Below, piece after piece: positions 26,008 through 39,147 of a stretch of 64,000 nucleotides of DNA. Under the pieces are notes generated by a model. That model made no database searches. It was not told the origin of the DNA and saw only the letters and a list, made by a program, of their open reading frames with translations. How positions within the stretch are numbered: position 1 is the stretch's first letter; every line of letters begins with the position of its first letter. Both the position numbers and the translations under genes were made by a program. This stretch comes from Macrostomum hystrix. Lineage: Eukaryota > Animalia > Platyhelminthes. The stretch covers positions 4,030,001 through 4,094,000 of the forward strand of contig CATNEN010000007.1 in the NCBI GenBank assembly GCA_950097015.1, in the 5' to 3' direction.

Positions 26008-26892
26008 TGAATAGGTAGCGTGCAACAAAGTCAGCGCATGGTTGGAAAACAAAATACCACGGAGCAGTTAAAGAGCACATGTGCACGCAGGATGCGAGTA
26101 ACAGTGGACTCTATAGCTTCGAGAACGCTTTACTATAGTCGATACCTGCACATCAGAGCGTCCATACATCCATACGCTAATGCCCGTGCAGACAAGGATT
26201 TCGTTCTGAAGAGTATCTGGACTTGGCTATCGAGCCGGTAGTAAAAGGGTGGATCGAGTTGACCAGATATTACTCGAAATTTCATGAGCTGGTAAATTAA
26301 TTTCATCAATTTACTGCAGCAGAGCTAGACAGCAGAGAAAAGCAGCTAGGGTTACTAAATTAAAGCTAGGGGTCGAATAAATAAAAATATGCAAAATAAT
26401 ATATAGCAATATAATATATATCATGATTGCGTTAACTGCCATTGTGCGCATCACATGCAATCACATGCACATGCAATCTTCTCGTGGACAGTATGTGCAG
26501 CCAGATGCCTCTTTTTCGAAGTCAAACATCTTAACATCTTCATCTTCACACTATCATGAAATCGCTTATGTTTTATGTACATTTATTTGATATTCAAATC
26601 ATTAAATGATTAGGTAATTAATCATGTACAATCGCGTGTAGCTTCAGTTTCATATTTATATTCATTCGTGAATATTTAGAAATTCATTTGATAGCCACTG
26701 TGAATGAAATTAATTAACGTAATCGAAATGCGTCAGCAGTCCAGATAATGTAGAAATTATATCTGTCTGGCCGAATTAAATCTGTTGTGTGGTTCATTGG
26801 GAACACCGGAAAACTGAGTAAAAAATAAGTTATACGCTGCACGTCTCAGAAGCAAGGACCACTAGAAGAAGCTAAGAAGCTAAAGCTAAAGC

Positions 26893-27471
26893 CACCCGTA
26901 TATACACGTTAGGCGGTATAGAACACGGCGAAAACCGCCTAAAAGGCGGTCCATATCATGCTATATGATATCGTAGCATGATATAGACCGCCTTTTTTAA
27001 GCGCATAAAGGCCTTTTATGGCACAAATTTGAACAGCCGTTTCTGCTAATTTTTTTAGTTCGCTAATGCAAAATATCAATTTTACTACTTTTTAGTAACA
27101 ATAATTTTAGTGTCACTAGACAAATATTTGAATGGCTTAGTACAAGTGCTAACAGGTTATATTAATTTATGTAAGCCCAGGGCCTAGCTGTTTATTATTT
27201 TTTTATTTCCAAGTCATTGAAACATTAGACAGTCACATCATTATGGTATATATTACATATTAGTCCATTAGAACTCGAGAACAATAAGACTAAACTTTAA
27301 AAGTATGGCAGGAATAGGATGGCGCTCAGTTTTTAGCTAGGCCTATCGCCGCCTATGCCCTAGTTTAATATAGAAATAATATAGTAAAGCTTAAAACCTA
27401 TGCTAGCTGTATATTGAGCAGGCATAATAATTAGCTATTCTAGTATACTATTGCCTAGCTGCTAGCTGTAG
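26893..27471 (+). repeat. Left TIR (579 bp) of the giant element
   Basis: Matches the reverse complement of 44084-44656 by eye, except one internal block near 27267-27284. Confidence 0.95.
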
Positions 27472-27659
27472 GCCTGTAGCTAGCTAAATTGTATAACTAG
27501 TTGCTGGCATAAATATGTGTATTGTTTGTAATTATAGGCCTAAGTTTATAATTAGGTTCTAGCTATTCTACTACTATGTTGTGTTGTAGGTTAAAGCCAA
27601 TTGTTGCTTCAGAGGCTTTACTTGTTACCACTCCACTCCTTTGTGGCTTTTGCCACACT

Positions 27660-30150
27660 TTGATGGCCTTCACCATACCCTACTGGTCTTCACCATACCC
27701 TACTGGCATTCACCATACCCTACTGGCATTCACCATACCCTACTGGCATTCACCATACCCTACTGGCATTCACCATACCCTACTGGCATTCACCATACCC
27801 TACTGGCCTTCACCATACCCTACTGGCCTTCACCATACCCTACTGGCCTTCACCATACCTTACTGGCCTTCACCATACCCTACTGGCATTCACCATACCC
27901 TACTGGCATTCACCATACCCTACTGGCATTCACCATACCCTACTGGCATTCACCATACCCTACTGGCATTCACCATACCCTACTGGCATTCACCATACCC
28001 TACTGGCCTTCACCATACCCTACTGGCCTTCACCATACCCTACTGGCATTCACCATACCCTACTGGCCTTCACCATACCCTACTGGCCTTCACCATACCC
28101 TACTGGCATTCACCATACCCTACTGGCCTTCACCATACCCTACTGGCCTTCACCATACCCTACTGGCCTTCACCATACCTTACTGGCCTTCACCATACCC
28201 TACTGGCCTTCACCATACCCTACTGGCCTTCACCATACCCTACTGGCCTTCACCATACCCTACTGGCCTTCACCATACCCTACTGGCCTTCACCATACCC
28301 TACTGGCCTTCACCATACCCTACTGGCATTCACCATACCCTACTGGCCTTCACCATACCCTACTGGCCTTCACCATACCCTACTGGCATTCACCATACCC
28401 TACTGGCCTTCACCATACCCTACTGGCCTTCACCATACCCTACTGGCCTTCACCATACCTTACTGGCCTTCACCATACCCTACTGGCCTTCACCATACCC
28501 TACTGGCCTTCACCATACCCTACTGGCCTTCACCATACCCTACTGGCCTTCACCATACCCTACTGGCCTTCACCATACCCTACTGGCCTTCACCATACCC
28601 TACTGGCCTTCATACCCTACTGGCCTTCACCATACCCTACTGGCCTTCACCATACCCTACTGGCCTTCACCATACCCTACTGGCCTTCACCATACCTTAC
28701 TGGCCTTCACCATACCCTACTGGCCTTCACCATACCCTACTAGCCTTCACTATACCCTACTGGCCTTCAACATACCCTACTGGCCTTCACCATACCCTAC
28801 TGGCCTTCATACCCTACTGGCCTTCACCATACCCTACTGGCCTTCACCATACCCTACTGGCCTTCACCATACCTTACTGGCCTTCACCATACCCTACTGG
28901 CCTTCACCATACCCTACTGGCCTTCACCATACCCTACTGGCCTTCACTATACCCTACTGGCCTTCAACATACCCTACTGGCCTTCACCATACCCTACTGG
29001 CCTTCACCATACCCTACTGGCCTTCATACCCTACTGGCCTTCATACCCTACTGGCCTTCACCATACCCTACTGGCCTTCACCATACCCTACTGGCCTTCA
29101 CCATACCCTACTGGCCTTCACCATACCCTACTGGCCTTCACCATACCCTACTGGCCTTCAACATACCCTACTGGCCTTCACCATACCCTACTGGCCTTCA
29201 CCATACCCTACTGGCCTTCACCATACCTTACTGGCCTTCACCATACCTTACTGGCCTTCACCATACCCTACTGGCCTTCACCATGCCCTATTGGCCTTCT
29301 CTACTCCTTTGTGTCCTTCCCCACCTGGATGGATTTTCCTACACTTTTATGGCCTTCCCCACACCTTAATGGCCTTTACAACACCCTACTAGCCTTTTAA
29401 CTCCTATGTGGCTTTCTCCACTCCTATGTGGCCTTCCCCATACCTTGATGGCCTTTCCCACACCTCTGTGGCATTTCCCATACCCAGGTGGCCTTTCCAA
29501 CACATTTTTGGCTTTCACAACACCCTACTGGCCTTCTTCATTCCTATGTGGGCTTCCCCATATTGATGGCCTTTCCCACACCCAGGTGGCCTTCCCACAC
29601 CCTGCTGCCACATACTAATGGCCTTCCCCACATTACGCTGGCCTTCCTTACCCAACGCTGGCCTTCGCCACACTACGCTGCCCTTCCCCACACTACGCTG
29701 GCCTTCCTTACCCAACGCTGGCCTTCGCCACACTACGCTGGCCTTTCCCACACCTCTGTGGCCTTTCCCACACATTTTTGGCCTTCACAACACCCTACTG
29801 ACCTTATTCATTCCTATGTGGGCTTCCCCATATTGATGGCCTTTCCCACACCCAGGTGGCCTTCCCCACACCCTGCTGCCACATCCTAATGGCCTTTCCC
29901 ATACTACGCTGGCCTTCCCACACTGCGCTGGCCTTCCCCATACTACGCTGGCCTTTCCCACACCTCTGTGGCCTTTCCCACACCTCTGTGGTCTTTCCCA
30001 CACCTCTGTGGCCTTTCCCACACCTCTTTGGCCTTTCCCACACCCAGATGGCCTTCCCCACACCCTGCTGCCACATCCTAATGGCCTTCCCCACACTACG
30101 CTGGCCTTTCCCACACTACGCTGGCCTTCCCCTCACAACGCTAGCCTTTT
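27660..30150. repeat. 20-bp minisatellite (CCTTCACCATACCCTACTGG), homogeneous to ~29285 then degenerate
   Basis: About 80 homogeneous copies followed by diverged GGCCTTTCCCACAC units. The 597/583-aa ORFs are artefacts. Confidence 0.96.
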
Positions 30151-30408
30151 CCAAATTCTACTGCCTTTTCTTTCACTTTGGTGCCTTCCTGCCTTCTGAT
30201 TCTCTTCTTTACATACCCGTTTCTCGAGGCAACAGACTACACCCGGGTGAGTCTTGGACGCTTATCTTTTATTTTGTTAAAGCAATCTTCGCTTCGACCT
30301 GCTTTATGGATACGTTTTGTTTTGATTCTTTTATTGTCTTTGAAAATTAGTAATCATCAAATATTTATCCGATTATCCGACACTATTTGCTTATCTGATT
30401 TCAGCTAC

Positions 30409-33400
30409 ATGGGAAGACGAAAGCAGTCTATTGCCAAGACGTCAGTAAAGTATTGTACTCCTGCGTGTCGTAAGCGAGCACGTATCGTTCGAACTCCGTT
30501 GACATCGAAGTGTTGCATCCCGTGAGTATAATGGTTCAAAATTCAAATGATTCACAACTTTTCTTGACTACTCTTTCTTTCTATGCAGTGACACCCAGCC
30601 TGTATACAACAACGACCCAGAAGAAGAAGAATGGTTGGACATCCAAGACGACCCTATCGTTGCTGAAGAAGTCGAGACTCATGACGATCGTGCTCAATCG
30701 AAGTCCGCAAAGCCAAGCCGTTTTAAGACCTTTTGCAGCGAAGAAAACGACGCTTGGAATGAGTTATTTCAGTCAGGGGTCTTGACAGTCGGTTTAGCGG
30801 GTCACTACAACAAGCGCCCATGTGTCTTTTGCGGTTGCGAGACTGAAATATTCCGGTGCCTCAAGTGTCACTTACTATCGGTCTGCTCCACTTGCTTAGA
30901 TGCCCGCCATGCCCATATGCCGCCCCATGCTGTTCAACGCTGGAATGTAAGTTCGATACTATGCAGATCTGGTTTATAATTATGTTGTTTATATTGTATT
31001 ATGATATATATATTATATATTGTATTGAATGCATTTTTACATGAATTGGGTATTTTCTTATATATGATTTCTAGCGACAGTGCTCTTTTTTACCCGCTCG
31101 TCAGGGTGACTTCTTTGAGGCCGTTTCATCACAAGTGCGGCTTTCTCGGCTGTGCAGCTGTCTTCTCTACAGCGTACTTCCGGTCACTATTGTGACTGAA
31201 GATGGTGATTCTCGGCTGAATTCTGCATTTTTTCTGTTTGCAGTAGCTTACTTTGTTACTTAGCTTCTTAAAATAACAAGTCACGTGAATGTTCTGAGCT
31301 GCAATATGACGCCGATTGCTACAAAAACAAACGTCATATTTAGGGGACACTGATATTCTAGCAAGACTTTACTCAATCAGTATCAGTACTCACTACCTCA
31401 TTTCAGGAAGCGAACTAAAAGCAAATCTTGAGATGTGTACATGTACTACGTACCACGCAGCTCTTCTGGCACATGGATTTTGGCCCTTGCAGCCTCGACC
31501 AGAGGGCTCTCGGGAACTGACTGCCGTGTCTATTGAACTGCTTCTTCTAATTGATTCGCTGAATTGCAACTGCACAGCATCGTTGTCTTCGATTTGCAGT
31601 GCTATTAGGCGCTCCAAGAAGTCTATGTGGGCGCAGTCATCCACATCAGCAAGTTTTCATCAGACTGGCCCAACTTGCTATTATTTTGTAATAGGTGTGT
31701 CTTAACAATCAGCCATTCTCATACATTAAATTTTTAGATCGATCTATTTAGAGCGCTCAACGTAACTGGGGCGTTCCGGTCTTTCCGCCGTGTGCTGCAG
31801 AGCTTTCGTTGGGGAAGAAAGCCATCATGTCCAGCATGCTATGTGGTAAAAGATCTTCCTTTCATATATGTACGAGTATAACCATGCTCTCTCATTGCAA
31901 TACACTGATTGGCTTTTATTAAAATGTCATGTAACTTCTGTAGGTTGATTCGGACTCTGATGCCGAAAAGAGCAGTCCAATTTTCCTGATGATGGACGCC
32001 TGCTTCGGTCTCCGCCATCGCCGAACTGCAGGCAGAGCTGCTTTACCAACTCCAACAGGCTTTTTCGTTGACGTTGACCTTACTGATGATCACAATCCCT
32101 CTGCAGGACACTGTGCGAACTGGAGAGCGGGTGGAAGAGGTCAAACTCTAACGACTGCTGCAGACCGGGGCAAGCTAGACGTGTTTGGGGCCTTTGCTGG
32201 TTCCTGCAGACACTCTGCTATACGCTACCTGTCCGACGTTACTACTGCAGGCGAACGGTAACTAGTTGATTGTAAAAGAACTTTGTTGCAGGACTAATTA
32301 GTCCCATTTTTGAAATGGGTAGTGGCAGAGTGGTTATTGTTTTACTTTGTAACTTATTTTGTTTGCTAACTCTAGAGAGAGTTAGTGGGTTGGATAATAA
32401 GGAATGCCTAGCAGTTGGTGTGAGCTGTCTACGAATTAGAAAGGAGACTGACAGAATAATAGCGAGCAGAGATAACGAGAGCGAGAGAAACTGGGCGGAG
32501 TAAACAAGAAAAGTGCGGAGAATGAAGGAGTGTATGCTTAATTTTTTAAGTTCAAACTCTGATCAATTTAATCACCAGGCTCAACTACGCCACAGCAATG
32601 GTTGCCAAAATTTTGGGGGACGTTCCTGCAATGGTTCCCATTGTCGTGTCATACGATATTGGGTGCAAACTGGCTGGTCGGTTCAACGACACTCGGTTGC
32701 CATTCGCGATACCGGCGTTTCATACCTACGGGCACGTTCTGCGCTGTCAACTGACGTATGGAATTCGTTCTATTACCTCCGTTGGCTTGACGGATGGTGA
32801 AAGCGTAGAGAGAATCTGGGCAGATCTTCGACGCTTCAGCCCTCAGGTTAAAGAGATGTCGCATGACAATCGGCGCGAATTTCTCAATTACCTTGTCGAC
32901 AGCATGAATTTTCACTGCATTATAAATATAAGTATGGAAGTTATATCCGCTGATTAATTATTTGCATTTATATATTTCTCCATAGAATATTGAATTGATA
33001 TCTTATTGGGCCTTATTGTTCTCGTAACAAATATAGTTGCTAAAATTTCGCGTGAAAAATGCGGCAAGCAATTTACGCTACACATGTTTTTCTTTTTCAG
33101 CGACCTGGCTGAGTCACCGCCGAACAGTCGAAAAGAAGGCAGTGCAACAATTCGAAGCTGGCTTTGCTGCAATTCAAGCGCATCACAATGTGCACAGTGA
33201 GTCCTGACTCATTCCCCATTTTGACAGCTGGGTGAACTGAAGCAAAGCAGAGTTAAGTGTCTCGCTAAAGGACTCAAATTGTCGACCTTCAAGTTGTGAG
33301 TCCGACGCTCTAACCACCAGGCTACAACCCCATCATTAAATATTAATAATATATATATTACATTAAATATCCGCTGTATCTCCATTAGTGACTCTTGAAG

Positions 33401-34089
33401 AATTCCTTCAAGAGACAGCCGATTGGAGGCAAGAGCTGATCAATGTGCTATCTGCGCGTGAGTCATCCTCGCCCAAGTCTGAGACTATCCGAAAACTATT
33501 TGGCATTGCATGCGAGCGGCAGTATCTACTCGAACATGCGGCAACAGAGCGTGGTCAGCGTATGAACAGGCTACTTCGAGTAGCCACAGACAAGCTGCTC
33601 CGCAAGACAAAGATAGTCTGTTCAAGGTTTAACAGCAAAAATCCAAGGGACCTACTTGATTGGAATGACTTCATTTCGACAGACGCCTCTGGCTTCGAGC
33701 AGCTTATAAATGGAGGCACTGTCGGTGTCGAGGTCCTAACTCACAAGGTGCAAGCCGTAAAACTTCGCGATCTGTACCTTCGATGCTCGGAAGAGTCGCG
33801 CCTGGTGACTTCAGAGGCAAAGCGTGTTTATAATTTTCTTTCTGCTGCCGTTCTAACCGTGACCTCAGAGTTGCAAGCCGCCCGAGATAGCAACAGCCCA
33901 CTCACTGCGGTATTATCTCTTCGGCTAAGTGGTATATTGCGCTTACGCCATGCTCATGAAGCCGCTTTCCCGTTTGGAGCAATGGCGGAGACACAACCGG
34001 ATTCTGAGTCGTGCGATTCTCATGACAGTGAATCGGAAAATTCGCAAGCTTTATTGTCTGCCAGTGAGGATGACTCCGAGTTTTCTTAA
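30409..34089 (+). CDS. KDZ (Kyakuja-Dileera-Zisupton) transposase with N-terminal Cys clusters; 9 exons, ~816 aa, apparently intact
   Basis: Exons 30409-30521, 30589-30946, 31075-31204, 31407-31687, 31738-31842 (or 31845), 31944-32257, 32579-32931, 33101-33196, 33389-34089 sum to 2451 nt (817 codons). Motifs: CVFC..FRCLKC..CSTCLDARHAHMPPHAVQRWN, CSC..CTC..LLAHGFWP, SCPAC, LMMDACF (D), GSCRH..GER, VSYDIGC (D), AFHTYGH..C, GLTDGESVERIW (E). Confidence 0.88.
33205..33331 (-). mobile_element. tRNA-derived SINE fragment in intron 8 of the KDZ transposase
   Basis: The minus strand begins with a tRNA-like head (GTAGCCTGGTGGTTAGAGCGTCGGACTCACAACTTGAAGGTCG), followed by a non-tRNA body. Confidence 0.5.
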
Positions 34090-35467
34090 CGATTCCATCA
34101 AAGCTTGCGAATTTTCTGCTGTCAAATTTTCTGTCAATTTTCTGCTGTCAAAATTTCTCCTGAGAAGCAGCTTGCTGTTTTGTTTATTGTTAATACAATT
34201 GAAACAAAACTTTTCAGCCACGAATTTCAGCATTAATTTTTCCCAAGCTATGCACGACCCAACCTCTATAATCTCCGGAAAGCCGTCAGCACATCCCGCC
34301 ACAAAGACATCTGTCTCTCGGCCAATGAGAGAGCGCCGTCTTCCTATCCCATCTCCCCATACTCCCCATCTGCTTCCCCATGCGCCTTCAGACCCGTCTC
34401 CCCACAGTGTATCCCGTTTTACCATCATAATTTGAGCTGTGGAATGTTTCATTTTTTTCTGGCTCTTCCTCAACATCCCTTCCCCAGCTTCCCCCCAATC
34501 CTCATCGATTTTACGTGAGAATTCCGCGCATAGGTTTCTGGCACAGTGCCCAGTTAATAAATAAAGCCGAATGATTTGATGTACTGCTTTTTCCTATTTC
34601 TAAAGCACTTTGCTAATTGCTCATCCTGCATTAATCACTACTGAGACAATTATTTTTATTAAAACCGAAGATCACTAAGTCTGACCTTTCTCTCAGGTCC
34701 AATCGAGTTATTATGTGCAAGCTGTGTTTAAATGTGGAATCGACGTGTCAATTGTTATTTATTTATTCGTTTTTCGCCACAACAGTACAAGTCTCCAAAA
34801 AAAACCAACAAACGTAGCTTTTACTGCTTCGTCAAACCAGCTATCGAGAATTTCAAAGCTTTATAGAGAGAGAAGGACAAAGAGCGACTAGCTTAATAAT
34901 TTCATACATGTATTAAATTGCTAGTTCTTACAATGGTAAAGAGATTTACCCTCATGCCACTTGTTCAGTAAACCGTTCTACGTTCAGTATACTTTTAAAT
35001 TACTATAGCTCAATAACCCAAATGATACTGTCAAAACACGAGCTACGATCGAACATATTCACATCATTCGCGCCGAGTACTACGCCCATAGCCAGTGTAG
35101 ATGTTGCTGCTCACACTGCTGTCGAGGACTAGCATGGAACTGGTGCTAATTAGGTTTTTGACTACCTGCATTTACGAGGGTATACTGCATGCAGTACTAA
35201 GCGTATAAATTTTTGTAGTAAAAGGGAATTTTTCGACTTGGCTATATAGGATATTTTACGCAATTCAGAAATTTCGAATTCAAAGATCCTCAGAGAAGCA
35301 GAAGAAAGTGTCTGTAGTATTCAGTAGCACACATCTTCCCAGACGAAGAATCAAATGGTTTCATCAGAAATTGTCGACGATCTATTTAGTGTATTTTCTC
35401 CAGCGGGGGTCTGTACTCAAAATTGACGGGGCGGAGGAGGCCGTACTCACATTCTAACCTCAGGCCT

Positions 35468-35738
35468 ATGGAGGAAAGAATAGAATGGAGTGCCAATCTG
35501 AGCCGGTTCTTTTTGTTTCGCTCGATCTTCACTTTTAACATCCCGTTTCCGGCCGTTCCTTCCTATTGGCTCGTGACTGCCATAGACGAGCTCGTTTTCG
35601 TCCCCCTCTGAAAGTAATATCGTGGACTATAATGCTAGTGGAAAAAACGAGTTCGTCTATGGCAGTCACGAGCCAATAGGAAGGAACGGGAACGGGATGT
35701 TGAAAGTGAAGATCGAGCGAAACAAAAATAACCGGCTC
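35468..35738. mobile_element. MITE-like hairpin element with ~95-bp inverted arms
   Basis: Arms at ~35500-35598 and ~35644-35738 (GAGCCGG...CCGGCTC). Direct repeat CTCAGGCCT at 35459-35467 and 35738-35746. Confidence 0.7.
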
Positions 35739-38237
35739 TCAGGCCTCAGTGTATGGGTGCAGAGGGTGCCGCGAGTCAAGCTGCTATTGAGGGGTCAGAT
35801 TTTTTCAATACTGATCGAATTGCGTAAATTACATTGGGCTGGGGCAGAGTTGGCTGGGTGCCAAATTCCATTCACGAAATCTGCAAGCAGGCTGCTCAAA
35901 TTTAACTTTTTGAAAATTCGCACCTCGGCATTGGCGGAGAGACAAATGTACTTACAATGTAGAGCAACCTCCCTGTCCTTAAATAAGTCCTGTCCTCATT
36001 CTGAGTTCACCCAATTTAAAGTTCAGAGTTCTCTTCGAATTGCTAGAGTTTGATAGATGAAATTCGGGCGATGGGAGTTTGATCCCCTAACTTCTTTCGC
36101 AGGAGGAATTCCGCTCGTTCTTATATAAAAGTCAGCACCCTGTAAAGACGCCGCCATGCTTTTATAATATAACTCGTATAATAGACAGCACAGTCCATTT
36201 GCCCAAACGCTTGCCTAAAAAAACTTTCAACTCTTTCTCTTTCAACCTAGCTGCAATGGCCATTCTAACCCTAAGCGTCCACTAGTCAGTGCGCTAGCAG
36301 TGCGAACCCCACCTGTCTGCGTTATTGCTTATTCATATGTGATTTGCCACTTTTTGTAACTTGCACGTTGTGTGACTTTTTTAGTACGACTAAATCATAT
36401 ATGTTTGACGCGTGTCAGTTTTTACGTTTCTATAAATTATTTTTGTTTATTAGCCCAATTAGCTGAGGCCAACTGAATACTAAGCAAGTAAGCGCGCAAA
36501 AAGCCATCCATTTTTGGAGCAGAGGCACAGTCTGTGTTGTAGTTTACAAGTAAGGATAGCGGAACTGTGATCGAGCCGTCTTTACCGGCCCGTTCTATAG
36601 CGAATCATTCAAGAGAACCCATATGGAAGAAAACTACGACTGCCGAGTCCGATTGATTTGTCTCTTAGGTAGAAATAGAGTTGAGTTAAATTGAGAAATT
36701 AAAAGAAAATTATACCCGCTTTATAAAGGATAATGGCCAGAGTTGTCGGTGGGTGTGTAGCGGAAGCTGCGAGGGCGCCAGGCGAGAGCTGCCGCGAAGA
36801 CAGCAGGGGCGAGGGATCCGGATCGATGCTCCTGCACACTAGCTGGGGACGTTATGGCAGGAGCTACTAAGCAACAGAGGTGCTAACCTAATGTAACTGC
36901 TGCAGGCGTGTGGTGGCTGGCCCACCGCGGGGTCGTCCCTAAATCAGGTGGGCTGAACAGGTTTCTGGATGAGTTCGCAACGTCCAGACCATTCGCTGGA
37001 ATCCGCTGCACCGCTAGCAAAACGCAGAGAAGGATTTCTTGTCCATCTCAAATATATTGAAGCTGTATACATAGATGTACATGCGTATTTCTCCATTTCG
37101 TGTTCGTATGATGATGAAAAACTGTAGTGAATTTAAGTAGTCATAGTAACGCGTGGAGGGCCAGATTCTTACATTAGCTACTGCCGCAAAGGTATGCAGC
37201 GCCCCCTTCACGCAGGCTTGGTGCTCTCCTTCCAGCTGGCGCACTTTCAGCGCCGATTTTCGTGCCTTTTCAGCACCCACTTGGTGCCGTATAGGCGCTG
37301 ATTTGGCGTCACTTGAGCGCCTATAAACACAATTGGCGCCGTTTGCGCTACCTAACCGAAAATCCTGGCTACGCCCCTGGTGCTGATTGGTGTGCCAGGT
37401 CATAGACAACCCGATAGCGGTCACTTATTCAGCTATGACTTTGAGATCAACCAGTAGAGCCACCAACACGGCAGCCCCTAAATGCTTGCCAACTGGCTGG
37501 CCCTGCAGAGGTCCTAAAGTTTCCAAAAACGAGAGCCCAAACACGTGTTTCGAAAACTAAAAAAAAATAATTACAAGTCCGAACAAGTGAACCGTCCAAT
37601 CGCTGATCGATATCAAAATCGCTCCAATGAAAAATAACAGTAGCAAAGGATAAAGTATTTTTTATATTACTTTTGTAATTAAATATATTTTACTAATTAC
37701 TAGCATCAACGTTACTATTATTTGAGGGGACTTCATTATATTAAAAGTCTTTGAAAAATAACATAAATGGCTGTATAAAATGCAAATTTATGTTAGAAAA
37801 GTATGTTTTAAAAGGTATCTGTATAAAACTTTGAGAAGGTGGACAAAAGAAGCAATGGAAGCTGAAATGGCAACACTAAATAGCGTGAATTGCATGCAGT
37901 AAAGAAACAGCTGTAGGTCAACTAGGTTGTAAAACAGTAAAGGGCTGTGATTCCTGTGAAATAATTCACAGAAATTTAATTACCGGCTGAAAGTACGGTG
38001 ATCCCAACAGAAACAAACACTTGAGCTAAAAGAGATTCCATAAGGAATCGATTATACGAGGGGTTTATCATTTTGCTGCATTGAACTTTTCAATTGATTG
38101 TTTGTTTACCACTGCTACGAAATTCGAAAATTTTACTGTTAAAAGTTCTATAGATATACTTTATAAAATTTTAAATGCCGGACGGAGCGTTGAATCGTAG
38201 GTTATCATTATCCTTAACAGATACGTGGTTAGACTTA

Positions 38238-39060
38238 TGAGGGACAATCAAAAAGTTCTTTCACTGCCTTTTTTCAGCGCATGGGGCTTGCCTCAAACAC
38301 AGACAAATTGTGTCCCTTGGATTCACCATTTCCATGGAGGCAAATGTGACTTCGATGGTGAAGCTCGCAGTCGGAGACTTAGGATCTCCACCACTCAGTG
38401 TCGTCCACGAGGACAGTTGAGTGACTGTTGCTGAGATAGCAGAGGCCTGTGGCATCAGTTATGGCTGCACAGCCCATCCTACGGCTCAGTTGAAAATATC
38501 GAAGGTTTTTGCCAGATGTGTGCAGAAACTCCTTACTTCACTGATGCAGCGCAACAGGGCGCAGCAGCTGATTCACATTATTCAATGCCGCCAAGAGGAG
38601 TTTATTATGTCGTGACAGGGGATAAGTCGATATTTTCGCAGCTGAACCCACTCCACTGAAGGACAAGGCGACACCATAGATGAAGAAGCAGGTGGGCGCC
38701 ATCTTTTGGATTCGCTGGGAGTGCTGTTGATTGAGTGGCTGCCTGAGAAGCGGGGTCACCGTAAACTCCTACTCCACCTGAATGTCGATATCAAGGAAAA
38801 GAGGCTTGATAATGCCACCAGCGCTAGCCCATGACAAAGCTTCGGACAATGCGCAGGCAGACACCTGCGTTCCGTCCCACAGCTTTATCACACTGCTCAT
38901 CGCCAGAGCTGTCCCCTCAGAATTTGGAGGTGGCAGCTCTCTAGGTCCAGAAGCTGGTAATTTCGCTTCGTGGTGCAAACACCCAGGTGAAGAATGGTAC
39001 GCTGAAGGCATCAACTAACAACCAGAGCGCAGTGTCTCACTGCGCAAGAACCTTTTTGAG
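38238..39060 (+). mobile_element. Degenerate mariner-like transposon nested in the giant element
   Basis: Fragmented motifs across frames: TVAEIAEACGISYG, KVFARCVQKLLT (cf. WVPKLLT), VVTGDKS (first D), DNA. Many stops and frameshifts; only partial TIR similarity. Confidence 0.7.
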
Positions 39061-39147
39061 GGTTTAGGTCTTTAGGATGATTACAGTTACATAATCGTAG
39101 AAAATCGATTTCCATAGCTTTAAAAAAACTGTTTATTCATTACTCAT

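Noticed and set aside
24967-26086. 361-aa ORFs
   Set aside because: Translations of the 16-bp repeat.
26893-26900. CACTA/EnSpm or P-element identity suggested by the CAC terminus and 7-8-bp TSD
   Set aside because: The enclosed transposase has KDZ motifs; CACTA elements make 2-3-bp TSDs, and no THAP domain was seen.
27576-30350. 597/583-aa and neighbouring ORFs
   Set aside because: Translations of the 20-bp repeat.
33260-33331. tRNA gene
   Set aside because: Only a tRNA-like 5' head is present, without a complete cloverleaf; treated as a SINE remnant.
37355-37380. Possible MITE terminus (CAGGGGCGTAGCCAGGATTTT on the minus strand)
   Set aside because: No convincing partner end or TSD found.
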